This document shows, piece after piece, positions 22,301-35,356 of a stretch of DNA of 45,434 nt; position 1 is the first letter of the stretch; each line of letters starts with the position of its first letter. The position numbers were made by a program, and so were the translations under genes. Origin of the DNA: Hyphochytrium catenoides (Eukaryota > Protista > Hyphochytriomycota); the NCBI GenBank assembly GCA_900088475.1, contig FLMG01002197.1, positions 1-45,434 on the forward strand, written 5' to 3'. The notes beneath the pieces were generated by a model, which was not told the origin of the DNA, searched no databases, and worked only from the letters and a program-made list of their open reading frames with translations.

Positions 22301-25300
22301 GTGCTTTAATTGCCTATAAGGATCACTACCAGTACTCTCTTGCCCTTGAGAGCGTGGTAGTGGCGTTTAGGGCAATCCAGACTGAGAGACGAAGTCGAAA
22401 CATGTTCCAAGTGTGGGCTAAGTGGACAAGAGAAATGAAGAAAGCCAGAGTGACGTTTCATCTCTTTGGCAAGGCCGTGAGAAGGTTTTGGCTCTACAAG
22501 GTACACCGTGAAGCCTTAACTTTGTTTAGCCATTCTATGATCGGCTTCTTTAAATCGAATGCAGGGTACACGGTAGTCTCTACTGCTTCGTTAATAATCA
22601 ATTGCTCATCCTCCATTCCTAGTTGTCACGTCCCTTTTTCTTTACCAACTCCTGCCATTTTGAACGCCTACGAATAGCATTTTCCTTACTTCTTGGTTGT
22701 CAGTACCCGGACAACGAGATAGTGGTCGCTATGCAGCCGTCAAAATAGCGGCTCTTGCCGTGATTTGTCATATCTGCTGTGCGTGACGTGCTCCCTTACA
22801 CAACTTCCGGTTCCATATTCCGCTCAGATCTTATCCTGATAGTGACATTCCGCTCAATGCTTGGCAGGCCTTCAAAATCCTGGAGGATGCAATGAGAAGT
22901 AGGGCTATCGAGATGAAGGTTCGGCATCTGGTAGACAGAAGGCGACTTCTCCTGATGCAACAGGTGCTGCATGGCTGGAGAGCAGTCCATTCAACGGGAA
23001 GGATGGAACGAGACAGTGCAGCCGCCGTAGAGTTGAAGAGGCGTGTCCGTCTTCTTTTTGACAAGTGGCACCGATGGAGAGAGGTGAGATTCAATCTGTT
23101 AGTCGTGGTCCGTACTGAACTCACAGACACGGCCTGTCATGCTTCTGGCCATGGCCTTTGACACCGCGGATCACTAGATTTACAAGCAAAGAGTCCGTGC
23201 ACGAAACTTGACCTGGATACTCCGCCAAAGGCAGGATTTGAGATTAAAGTGCAGAGCTTTGAGATTCTGGGCGACATATGCGGAACGAACTCGTCATGTA
23301 AGGGGAGAGGCTGGCCACTGGCGTATATGCAACTGGGATAATGACGTACCCCGATTAAGCTGTACAAAGCGCCTCTTGGGCAGAGTGAAAATGGCAGTTG
23401 ATCTTAGAAGCAGTAATGGCTTAGTGGGTTTCGGGAAGGAAGAAGTTCAGCACCTAACATGCTCGCTAGGAGACACTCGTGGCCCAAGTGGTGCGGAGGA
23501 GGAGAAAGAAGAGGCTTGCTGCCCAATATCTTAGCCTCTGGCGCAACGTCACCGGCCAGCTCCTTAATCAGCGCCAACGGATGGCCCGGTTTGCGCTTCT
23601 TGTCCAGCGTATAATGGCAAGGACAGCTCTGAGGTGCTGGTCAACTGTCGTAGGGTAAGGAGACTAGACGGAATTATGACCTTTATCTCTAGCACTTGGC
23701 TCAGTTTACTTCTTTCTAAGTCTCTCATATTCTGTGCTTCCCTCTGTCTCTCTCTCTGTCTCTGTCTCTCTCTCTCTCTCTCTCTCTCCACTCCCCCGCC
23801 CCTCCCTCTTCTTCTCTTCCCTTTTTTTCTCTGCGTCTCTCAGCCTCTTTTTCAGTGCCTCCCCCTCTTTCCCTTTTTTGCTCGCACCGCTTCTTGGTAT
23901 GTTCGTTCGACCTTGAGAATTGTCTTTTGCCGAACTCCACTCACTGATTGGCCTTTTCCACTCTATAACTGTATTTACGGCTCTGCCTCAACCTTGATCA
24001 ATCTACACGGCTCCCTGCTTTCGTCTGCTGTTCCTACACTTCGGTGTTTGTTTCATGGGTGCTTCGTTGGCAGACCCTAACTACACGCTATTCATTAAAC
24101 TAGTGAACAGCTACGCACCGACCTTGCGGAGGCCTACTATGCAAGTAGAGTTAAAAGAAGTTGTTTCATGGCTTGGCTGCAACTTTCCCCAGGCAGCAGG
24201 TCGAAAGAGCCAGAAGAAGAGGCTGAGAAGGTTGAGACGGTAGGAGGTCGAGACCAACAGGCCTTGTCAGAGACAGAACAACTGGGTCACACGCTTGTGG
24301 TGGTGGAACAAAAATTGCGGTCTCTGGAGCCTTCGCTAGCCGAGGCGAAATATGACATGGTCAAGGAGGGGAGAGGTAGGGAGACCTTAATGATGCAGCG
24401 TCACTCGAGACCAACGGAGCATGGCGAGAGACATAAGAGACAGGAAGAGGTAGGTACCGTCTGTCGGTTAGACATTGAAAATGAAAACCTGTAAACGTCC
24501 TCAACGAATTGGGCCGTTTCCATAGAAAGGTCCGCGTTTACGTAACCTATTCAGACAGACTCCGGATCCCTCTTATCGGATCCTCCCACTCTTATTCTCC
24601 ACGCGTTTGTAGTTTCTTTCTTTTGCTTTCGTTCTCCTCCACACAACCTGTTGACCAGCAGGACCTCTAACCGCCACCTTTGCATCTAGGAGCGCAAGGA
24701 GCGGGCCTTCCATGGTCTGCGCCTAGAATATGAGCGCTGTGTCCTGCTGAAGGTAACACATATCGGTCGCGGAATACTGTCTGGCGTTCACTGCTTAACC
24801 TCGTGATCATCCCTCAAAGTATCCCACTGACTTCCTCGCCATCGTCTCTCTCATCTCTCAGGGCTCTTTTTCTAACCTCAGTGATAGGATAACACATTTT
24901 CTAGCGTGGCTGATTGACTGTCTCACTGCCCTCTTTGGCTCTCCCTATTCTTAGGAGTGCGCTCTTGAACACTATCGTTATCAAACGCTACGCAAGTTTC
25001 TTCTCTACTTGCACGAGGCTGCCATTATCAGTGCATTCATCCGTAAACGGGGCAAGAAGCTGATTCGTAGTCTCTCCACCCTTTCTCTGCTCTCTATCAA
25101 GCGGAGAGTTGGCAACTCTTCCCTTGTTGACAGAGAGATAAAGATGCGATTCTTCCAGCACCTGCAGGCCAATACATATCTGTCGCGGCTGGAGAGACAT
25201 GCCCGCCAGAAAATGAATGCTAAGGGAAGGAGAGATGAAAACCCAGTACTCTCTATCTCTACGCTTGTAGGGAATGATATCGATATCAAAGCAGAGTTGG

Positions 25301-25377
25301 GTTCAGTTGAAGATTTATTAGCCATGTTAGAGCATAAACCAGGGCATGGGATCGGCAGCTGGACACTTGCGGCCTGA
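19313..25377 (+). CDS. Sfi1-repeat (centrin-binding-like) protein; many exons
   Basis: Recurrent Arg-rich helical repeats ending in F/LxxW[KR], such as AAAKHRYFILRQTFFAWK, LLMQQVLHGWR, VRLLFDKWHRW and KCRALRFWA, lie across GT-AG-bounded exons. A coiled-coil segment lies near the C-terminus. Confidence 0.7.
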
Positions 25378-25464
25378 AGAGCTAGCACCCTGTGCCGGCG
25401 GCGAGGTAGGACGAGTAATACCGGAAGTTGAACGGGGATAGAAGATTTATGACGGAGATAGTGG

Positions 25465-27774
25465 CTAGACTTGGTGAAAGCCACAACCTGCGAAGATACT
25501 GGGATGTGCCTGCTGCCAAGATGCGACTAAGTAGTTGTACAGCGCGGGCTGGTGGCTTGCGAAGGCTGCAGGGTCCTCTGCGAAGCAGACGAAGATCGTA
25601 TGAAGCGCTGCCTCAATAACAGAGAAGAAGATAGAGGCCACCCCTACAATGAAAGAGTGCCCGACCCGGCAGATACGTTGAAGAAGGGCGTAGACGAGAT
25701 AGAATAAAGAGGGAGAAGAGGTTGGTTAGCCAGGGAGCCAGCGTCAACGGAGTCTACGGCCTATGGGTCTAATGCACCGCAAGGCATGGTCTTCCAGGGA
25801 AGGAGGAGCTGATAGATCAAGCTTAGGCGGGTTCAAGCTAGCAAACAGAGCCAAGTGCAAAATGAATCATTAAAGATAGGGCATTGTGCCCCAGAAGACT
25901 GACGAACTGTCTTGGGCGAGATGTGAAGCTGACAGACACGAGAGGTGACAAACCTAGTCCGACTATGAGCCCCGAGAGTCCAAGAATCAGCCATGCATCA
26001 CTATTGCCAAACCAGTCGCTTAATCCAATGACACCGGCCAGGACGCCGACTGTTGCGCCGATGGAAAAAGCGAAGAGGAAGAGGACCCAGCCAACCAGAT
26101 TATCATTGATGACAGCTGTCCATCCGCGGCTCTTGAAGAGGTGCATCACAGAGCGGCAGGAATCTATATAAGACATACCGTATATGCCTGAAAGGGAGTC
26201 AGAAAGGTCAGCCTTCAGGAGGCGGCGCAGAATTGATAGATCCAAAAGAGATTAACGTCAGGCTATAAACTCTTTCGGCACGTGTGCGAATAATGAGAGA
26301 CGGGATCTTGCTGGTCCTTGGCCCCCTGTACCGGTCAATGGACAAAGATAACGATGCCTTACCAATATAGACGAAGCCCCAGCGGTTAAGGTAGTCCAAG
26401 AGATCCGCCATATATGAGGCAAGGCATGACAGCAGACAGCCCAAAGCGCCTTCCCTTTGTTTCTTCAAATAGTCCTTCAAGCTTTCGAGGATTGCAGCCA
26501 CCAAGCTTCCGAACGCAATGGAACCCAACGAAGTGGTTATGGCTCTCTTGAACGCTCCCAGTGTATTGGAGCGCTGATTGAACCAGTACGCCGCAACACT
26601 GCCTGCAGTAGTAGTGATCTGGATATTCTTGATGGTCAGGGCGCCAAAGTAGAAGGCCAAGACCATGGCAAAGTATCCCACTCCATTCATGTTGCCGCCT
26701 GTACCGCTGCAAGGCGCATTCTCGCACTGCTTCTCCTCAACGTTCACCATCACGCCAAACATGGCGACGCACCAGATCACCACGAACACCAGCTGCACCG
26801 CCTCGATCAGCAGTGCTATTAGAAAGACTCCCCACTCGACCCGTACAGCCTCACAAGAGACACTTAAGAATGAATTGTCAGAAAAGGATGAAGCTACTTG
26901 GGAAGCTAGACGATGAGAGGCATTAGCTGAACTTAAGGAGTGAACTACGATGGAGAGTGCAGGTTGGTGCAGTTGCAAAGGGAGTGTATCGCATAGAGCA
27001 GACAATAGCGGGGGAGTCGCTCTCTCTATTCTCACCTCAGCATGGCGCTAGCAAAGGGAATTCTCTTCTTGACCGCCTGGAAGTAGCAGCAAAGCATGGT
27101 CATCATTAACAAGAGGAAGGCCAGGGCTACGTACTCGCCCATGATAGCCAAGACGAGTCCGCCCGCTGCATAGAGCCCCAGCATGAAGATCATGGAGCCT
27201 TTGATGATCATCTTTGCATGCCTAATCATAGCGTATACTGCTAACAGGGCTAAAGATGCAGCCACCACCGCCATGCCCAAGAGAACAAGGATAACTTTCC
27301 AGCCTTCGTTTTGGCCATCACTATTAGGGTCCGATTTCTCCACTCCAGAGAGGCGAGGGACGCCATAAATGGCAGCTACCGCGATGATAGCAAGTATGTC
27401 AACAATGAAGAAAAATGCGAATATGGGGTCTCTGGAGAGAGAAGGGGAGCGACGTGCGAGAGAAGCAGCACCAGGTGAGTCAGGCATTGTGCTTTCATCT
27501 GCCACTATTCCCTCCCGTCCTTGATCTCTCCCTCCTTGTGGTCCACCCCTTCTTCAGCAAAAATATCCTCTGTCGCTCCTGCTTCTTCTTCTTTCCCCTC
27601 GCTTCCTCTGTTTTTCTCTTTCCTTTTCACTGTTTTCTCATTCTCGTCTCTCCCTATCTCTCGTCTCCTCCCTCTTTTTCTGCCCTTCTCCTTCGTTATC
27701 CCGCTTGCTGGCTCCAGCTTAGACTTACTTGCAGATACTTTGCGAGAGCTGTTGCGGTCTGATTGGGGCGACAT
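25465..27774 (-). CDS. Choline transporter-like (CTL/SLC44/PNS1) membrane protein; introns 27505-27728 (tentative), 26863-27035 and two more
   Basis: Motifs RDPIFAFFF, RIPFASAML, TTAGSVAAYWF, AFKRAITTSLGSIAFGSL, YLNRWGFVYI|GIYG, GWTAVINDNL and TIFVCFAEDP. ATG 27487 is an alternative start. Confidence 0.92.
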
Positions 27775-28234
27775 CTAGGGTCTTCATTTTGAGCTCCAAA
27801 GTCATCTTTCCAGCTTCTGCTTTAGATAGTTCAAATAGTGTGGAAGGAGTATGTGACAAGGGTCAATGCGGGCCCACTCTGGAGTTCCAAAGCTCTGACG
27901 TCAAGTCGGTCCGGCAGCCCAGACCGCTGGCTTCAAGTAAGGAGCTTTCTTGCTGATAATTCAGGTTGCTCTCAGGCTGACGACCTGTGTCTATCTGTGA
28001 CTACGACAGTCCCTAATCACTCTATCAATTATTCTTTACTCACAATAATGTTCTGCCTTTCAGTTGCTCTTACTTTTCCTCTTCATCGCTATCGGAGTTC
28101 CATTCATCTCAATCCTCAGCGTCCTAGGCCAGTTAGCTGCTCTTGCCCCTCCTTTCTTCAATCAATCTATTCCTGCGTCTCTCTCAACCTCCTCTCCCGC
28201 ACCCCCTCTTTCTCTCTCTCTCTCTCTCTCTGGG

Positions 28235-28267
<33 letters not shown>

Positions 28268-29428
28268 ACTCTCCGCCTCTATCGTGGTCACTGTATCTCC
28301 TTCAGCATGCTTCTATCTTCCGCGGGGCCTCTTTCTGTCTCACTCACTCACTGGCCTTCCGTGTGTGCCGCGCTCGCTGGAGTGCACCTCAGAATTTGTT
28401 GACCAGATAACAGACCATCAATCACAAACCCCATGACCCGGGTCTTAGAGCCCGAGACCTTTGAGATTAGCTTACAACGTCAATAGGAATTGATTGTGGA
28501 GAGGCTCGGGTAAGGCATAGAGCCCGGGTCAATCGAGAAGGGGAAGATTTCTCTGCAATCTTGAATCATTGGGTAAATGGCAAGTCCGAGTCCATCGGTA
28601 TAAAAGAAAGGCTAATAGGAAAGCTAAAGGCAGTGATTCTTTCGCTGAATTCTTTCTTGTTGAAGTTGAATGTTTCACCGCCCTGTAACGGACGTTTGAC
28701 GCCAATTTTGTCCACCGCAGCATCGTAGACTAGATATTATTAGAAGGCGATGGAAGCGTGACGAAAGCCAAGAAGAGCTGGGAACAGGATGACGAAAGCT
28801 CGACCACCGAGAGGAAGAGAGTGTCAGCAGAGCGGCCCTGGGCGAGACACATTTAAAGAGCTGGATGATGATGTTCCATCAAGGGTTGTTCGATAGGTGT
28901 CACTTTGATAGGTATGTATACGCGGGCAGCAAACCAAAGGGTCTGGACTAAAGTGTGAGAAGCTTTGCCACTTTAAAGCCTGTTGATCCCCTAATCCAAA
29001 GGATGTGAAGCCCTTGAATTACCAAGCGTTCTGGGTCTTGAGCCTTTCCCTACTCAACGCCTACTGCCGTGAAACCCATGATACGTGTTCAACTAAGTCT
29101 ATGCCTCGCCGTCCCGAGAATTGATTCTTGGGTGTTCTCATGCTGAACAACCAGAAGATGGAATACTAAACAGCTCTGCCGAAAGAACACTTACGACAGT
29201 CAGTTTGAAAAAAAAAACACCATCACCGGCGCTGCGACAAAGAAAATATTTTGAGGTTCTAATGTGATCAGAGCTGACTCATTATTCCAAAAGCAAGATC
29301 ACCCGCCCTAGAGCGAGGAGCGGTTGAAGAATAGGGGCTGCCGCAGCGGTCAGAATCTAAGATACCACCATGCCTTCTTAGCGGGGACTTGTAACTCATG
29401 GGCAAAAGATCTTTAGGCACGATCGCAG

Positions 29429-29518
29429 TAGTAGGGTTCCTATATAAGAAGGCAGAGCTATCATAGTAGGGTTCCTATATAAGAAGGCAGAGCTATCATA
29501 GTAGGGTTCCAGAGCTAT
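29429..29518 (+). repeat. Tandem 35-bp repeat (2 exact copies plus 1 internally deleted copy) containing TATATAAG
   Basis: TAGTAGGGTTCCTATATAAGAAGGCAGAGCTATCA at 29429-29463 and 29464-29498, then TAGTAGGGTTCC-AGAGCTAT. Confidence 0.9.
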
Positions 29519-29934
29519 ACGCTCGCCGCTGCAGACGGCCGCTTATCGCCCTCACATAGATGCTGCTGCATCATAGCATCCCTGCTTGCTTTGAGTTACC
29601 TGTAGAACAGTTCTTTCCTTACGACAATAATATTATCGTTAAGGTGCAAGGCAGATGTTAGCTTCGTGAAGTTGTGGTATCTTATGTGTCTCCTAGAAAG
29701 AGGTTTTTGCTAAATTAGGAGCCAAATGGATCTACAGCTCCTGGGTTTCGGGAGTATCGTTTACTTTACTGCATTGCTTTAGGCATGGGGGAGAGGTGAG
29801 GCGGGAATGTAAGGGATATGAAAAGTTTCTGTAGAAAAACAGAGTGGGAGACAGAGTAAGGGAGAGAGACAAGCCGACACAAGATTATGGGACAAAATAG
29901 AGAGCGTCAGATTGTGTAAGACAGACAGATGGGG

Positions 29935-30108
29935 CAAGAGAGCAGAGAGAGAAAGGATAGAACGACGGAAGAGAGGGGGAGGGGGAGAAAGGGGAGGAGA
30001 AAGAGGTAGCGGGAGAGAGAGAGAGAGAGTAAGAGGAAGAGAGGAGAGAGAGAGAGACATAAAGACACAGAGAGACAGAGAGAGAGAGACAGAGAGAGAG
30101 AGAGAGAC

Positions 30109-30143
<35 letters not shown>

Positions 30144-30168
30144 NNNNNNNNNNNNNNNNNNNNNNNNN
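29935..30168. repeat. (GA)n microsatellite / purine tract ending in an assembly gap (Ns 30144-30168)
   Basis: Visible AG dinucleotide runs abutting the N run. Confidence 0.95.
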
Positions 30169-30431
30169 AGAATACTTTCTGCTGCAGACTCAACGAGCTG
30201 GAGGGCGTGCGACACAAAGAACCTATCATCGCGGTAGCTCTCTAGTGAAGGGAGACCCAGGCCTTGCCGTCCTTCCACAGCGCCTTGGCGCAGAGTCTCA
30301 TCGTCCTATTAGTAGGAGATCGACACCAGAGCTGGTCTCTCCTCTTTCTCTACTTCTCTTTCTCCCTTATTCATCTCGACCACCAGCTATAGACTGGGCT
30401 TGACAGAAGGGAAGAAGAGAAAGAGACTACG

Positions 30432-30599
30432 ATGATTCCTGCTCCAAATCTCTCTCGAGTCTACCGACAGGCGCGATCCTCAGGGCAGATTAGCCTCGTC
30501 TCCAGAGATCTTAAGCACTTTCCTCCTGAGGTCTGCTCTTTGCTGGAGCGCTTGGAGCCGGTGCGGTGACTCTATCTGTCTCTCTCCTCTTCCGTCCCC

Positions 30600-30630
<31 letters not shown>

Positions 30631-30994
30631 ACTCTCTCTCTCTCTCTTCCTACATCCTTTTCATACCCGCAGACTTTCTCTCTCTCTCTCTCTCTTCAGC
30701 CTCTCTCTCTGTCCAGCCTTCCTCCCTCTGTTTTCTAACGAGAGCTGTTCCCTTCCACATCGTCATAGGATGAGAAGTTTTGGGAGTGTCTGGATCTGAC
30801 GAAGGCTGACCTCAGGTCTGATCTTGCATAAGAGAAACGTCAAGAAGTGCTTCCCAGCCGACCCAGATTTCTCTTCCTCTCGCCTCCGCGCTCTATTCTC
30901 TCTTTGCAGTATCTTGAGTGATCTTTCTTTCCTCTTCTGCTGGTGAACTTTGTGGGCTTTTGTCAGTGGACTGAAGGCTAGGGCTTGGTTTGAC

Positions 30995-31037
<43 letters not shown>

Positions 31038-31315
31038 TCTGTCTCTCTGCGGCAGTCACAACCAAATTCCAGCTATTCCTCCTGAGATCAATAAGCTCAT
31101 TGCCTTGACCTCTCTCAAGCTGAGCCACAACAGCATCTCTTCGCTCCCACCCGAGCTCTTTGAAGTTCGGACGCTAACTTATCTAGACCTCAGCCAGTGA
31201 GTGATAAGACCAACTTCTGTCCTCGGCCCTTCCCATCTCACTCTCTCTCTCTCTCTCTCTCCCTGTCTTTCTCTGTCATCTCTGTCTCCCTCTATATATG
31301 CTTCCCTTTATATCT

Positions 31316-31360
<45 letters not shown>

Positions 31361-34300
31361 CCCCTTTATCCATCTTCCCTTATAGACTATTGTTGCCACT
31401 TTATCTGGGCTGGGTCCATCACTGTCATTGCTCCATACTCTCTGCTCTGTCTTATACGTATACGGCGCGATGGTTACCTCCCTACTCACTCTTGGATTGA
31501 GCAGCAATAAGCTTAATGGAGACTTTCCGCCAGCGCTCGGCAATCTGCAGGCGCTAACAGAGATATCACTAGCAGAGAATCAGCTGACATCCCTTCCAGA
31601 TTCTCTGACAGGTAGGAAGCCGGTGCACCAACTTCAAAGAAACCGTGCTAGATAATGGGAAGAGAGGAGTTGGAGAGGAGAGAGACACACACAGAGGAAG
31701 AGACTGAGGTGGAAGGCACGAAACGAGAAATGGAGCGGTAGCTGCAAGCTCATAATTATTTTTTAGAGCTCGGGCAGCTGGAGAAACTGAATGTCGATCA
31801 GAACCGCCTGAGCAGCGTCCCGTCAGGAATTGGTATGACCATGACTATTGCCCAACCTTTTTCAGTCTCCTCTTCTCCTGGGCTCTCTCTTCTTCCCTCT
31901 TGACCCAATCTGCATTCCTCTTCCTCTGGCTGGATATGCGATGTCTTTCTCTTACGGAGTCTTTCTCGTCTCCTTCAGCTCCTTCCAGTCTTTGACTTGC
32001 TTCCTGCCCCCCTATGGATTATCTTCCTTCTGACCATGGCCCGATAAAGGCTCTCTGCAAGCGCTTCAGCAGCTCATTCTCAAGAATAATCTTATAACCT
32101 CGGTGCCACAGTCCATTGGAAATTTACCCATTCTTAAGCTCCTGGAGGTGCGAACCATGTAGCCTCCTTCTCTCTTGCCCAGTGCCTGCCTACTTTCATC
32201 CTACGATTGCCCTTCTAACTTCACCTAAGGATTGATACCTCTAATAGTCGTCTTCTGTGCCATCCTCTTCTCTTCTCCCTCCCTTCCTGGTGGTCCAGCT
32301 CAATAGGAATAGGTTAACCCAGCTCCCTGACTCTCTGGCCAACCTTCGCTCGCTAACCTACCTGGATCTGAGGGAGAACCGCCTCCAAGGGTTTCCCAAA
32401 CTTCCAGCTACACCGAGCCTAGCCCAAGTCTTCCTCGGTCCGTTGTTCGACTACATTACTGGCCCTTAGGTCATCACATTCCTCAGCCTCTCTGCCCTTG
32501 GTCCCTTTCTCTCTCGTTCTTCAAACTCGTTAGAGTTTCTCTGCTTTCTCCCCGATCTCCCTAAGTCCATTCTCTCTTTTCTTATTCTTCGCCGTACGTA
32601 CAGGGTTCAACTCTATTCAAACAGTGCGAGGCGACCTCCTACGGAGCCTAGGCAAAAGTGTGACTGTGCTAGACCTCAGAGACAACTCAATCCAGGCTCT
32701 GCCACCTGAGATCTGCCTCCTGGAAAACTTGAAAACGCTTGACGTGTCGAACAATGATCTCTCAGATATACCGGCTGGTGGGATCCCACTGCCTATCGCC
32801 TCCAATCTTCATGATCCCTCTCTCCTTTCCTCTTACGCGTTTGTCTTTGAGTCTATTTCTGCCCTTTTTGTTCTCTTTCTCTCTCTCCCTTTGTTTATCT
32901 ATGTTCCACGTGCACCACTTGCTTGAGAAGCTGCGGCTGTCTGACTCGTGGGGATGCTTCTCTGCAGGTTTGGGGTACCTGAAGTATTTGAATAGAATAG
33001 CAGTGGATGGCAACCCCTTAAGGTTAGCGTAGGCCTGAAAATTCTCCAGACACCTCTTCTGACGGGCATTGTTTCCCTTTTTGGCTCCTCCACTAACGCC
33101 CTTGTATCACTGCCTGTCTCTGTATCCTTTGGGGTGCCCTTCTGCTTTCTCTGGTGTACGTCTTTCAACTGTAGAGCAATACGCAGAGGAGTGGCGACAG
33201 GCGGTATTGAAGTACTGAAAAAGTATCTTCGGAGCCGTGGGCCGCCTCCAGAAGGGATTGACGCCTTGCCTATGGTTAGCCAAGCCTGTCTACCTCCCCT
33301 TACAGTCCTCCTAATAGAGGGTAAATTTATATTCCCTATTCGGACAGGATGATGACCATTTTGCGCCGCAAGCTGGAGACCCTGCAGCGGGACAGACTTT
33401 AGATCTCAATGTCTGGGTTAGGGATGCCAGAGCAAGTGGAAAGCTAGAGTTGGAAGGCGCAAAGTCAGTATATATAGCTCATTTTTCTCCCTCTTTTCTC
33501 TCAAAGTAGTCATTTCGTGCCAGGATATTGCTAAGGTTCCCTTGCCGAACAATAGCGGCGTTCGATGATCCTTACGTTTCTCTTGTGTTCAGGCTAACGG
33601 CGATCCCAGCTGATGTACTGGCAGACGTCACTCTGCGTGACTCCCTGACCGCCATGAAGCTCTCGAAGAACCAGATCGCAGAATTCCCGGAGTCGTTGCG
33701 CACCTTCAATGCTCTAAAGGTCATTACATCGCCGTTCTTTCACGCTCTGTTCTCCGCTAGCCCTAAAGCTTTGTCACGCCTTAATGTATTCTCTTTTGCA
33801 AAATCTCATGCTACCGCTCCAGGCCCTTCAGCTTGAAGACAACCAGCTTGCAGAAGTGCCAGAATGGATTGGGGATATGTTGGCACTGCAGGAGCTGAAC
33901 CTCAGAAAGAACTCTATTATGTCCGGCGGCTTCTTAGAGTTAAGAAGTAAAGAGTTACAAGTTGCCAGCACGCTTGTCGTAAGTGAACTGGCTCCCGATC
34001 TCAGGCGGAGCACGGAGGCTCTCTATGCTCGTCCTACTTACATCTCTCCACATTGCCCCTTCCTAAGTAACCTCAGTAGCTCTAGTGCCTTTCGTCTATA
34101 GAGTCTCTCCGCCGTCTCATTATTTTGCCGGCACTGCATCATGTAGGAGCTCAATCTAAGCGCCAATCGGCTGAGCAAGGTGCCAGCAGTGGTGTTTGTC
34201 TTAGACTCTCTCCGGTCTCTGTATTTGAGCTTCAACAGCATCACCTCCATCGAAGATTTACCGTGGAGGACCACATTGAAGAAATTGAACATCCTAGACC

Positions 34301-35336
34301 TTTCAGATAACAAGGTTGCCACTGTCCCTATCCGTTCCTAGTGGAGCATCCGTAACCAATGAAGAAGGAAGAGCTAACTTCGCTCTTCTCCATTTCTCTC
34401 TCCAGATCTCTGCCATGGGCGACTGCTATAAGAAGACGTCGCTTACATCGCTGAATGTGTCCAACAATAACATATCACAGGTAATTAGGACAGCCGCTGG
34501 GGCCACAACCCACGGCCGTACATGGGTGAACACTCTTTTGCCCTGCCGGAGAGTGCATTCCCCAGTCTCTTCTCACCTCTCCGATCTCTGTCTCCTTGTT
34601 CCCTTCCAATAACTACAGATCCCATTAGAGTTGGGTTTGTTTGAGCAGTTGAAGGCTCTTCTCATCGTCGGAAATCCTCAAAGAACCGTGAGAACCCACA
34701 TCGTCTCTCAGGGGTCCGAGGCAATCCTCGCATATCTCAAGAGCAGATTGCCAGAAAAGCTGACCATTGATGATGGTGAGAGTGGACTCAGCTCCGATAT
34801 ACTGTCAGTTCTTTGCTCTTCTTCCCCTCACTGAGATTTGTGCGCCATTGACAGTTCTAGAAGACACCAAGGCAGGAGATGCCAACGAGGGGAGTATCTC
34901 CAGCGTGGGGGAAGGAGATAGAGGGAGAGAAATAGAGCTACGCTCTCAACCCCAGAGTCGAGTTACGGCCAAGCCCCAGACAGAGACTCAGAGAGAAGCG
35001 AAACAGCCGACAATTTCCAGCTTTGAGCGGGAGGAGGATGAACGCCCACCGCCGAGGGAATCTGGGCAGAGGATGACTGCCGCGCCTAGAGCCCCTCCCG
35101 TGCAGTCAGCCGGGGCCATGGATAGAGCGAAGCAAGACCCTGAAGAGAGCACAGAAATGGATGATAGCATCATCGTAGGGCGAGTTAGAGAGCTGACGGC
35201 CCAGGTAGAGGACTTAGAGCGCGAGCTAGAGTACGCCTCAGTCAGTCAATCAAAGCGGTTTGCGCTGAAGAAGGAGCTGGCCTTGAAGAGAGCAGAGAAG
35301 ATTCGCGAAGAGAGAAAGTTAGGATGGCGAAAATAG
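30432..35336 (+). CDS. LRRC40: Leucine-rich repeat protein, LRRC40 orthologue-like; many exons
   Basis: The N-terminus RQARSSGQISLVSRDLKHFPPEV...|DEKFWECLDLTKADLSHNQI matches LRRC40. Many LxxLxLxxNxL repeats follow, then GNPLR|AIRR..LKKYLRSR, a second cap GNPQRTVR..LAYLKSR, and an extra C-terminal coiled coil. Confidence 0.88.
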
Positions 35337-35356
35337 GGCGACGCTAATGTTTGCAC

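Noticed and set aside
29779-31510. ORFs rich in SLSLSL or RERERE
   Set aside because: They are translations of CT/GA microsatellites in introns or intergenic DNA.
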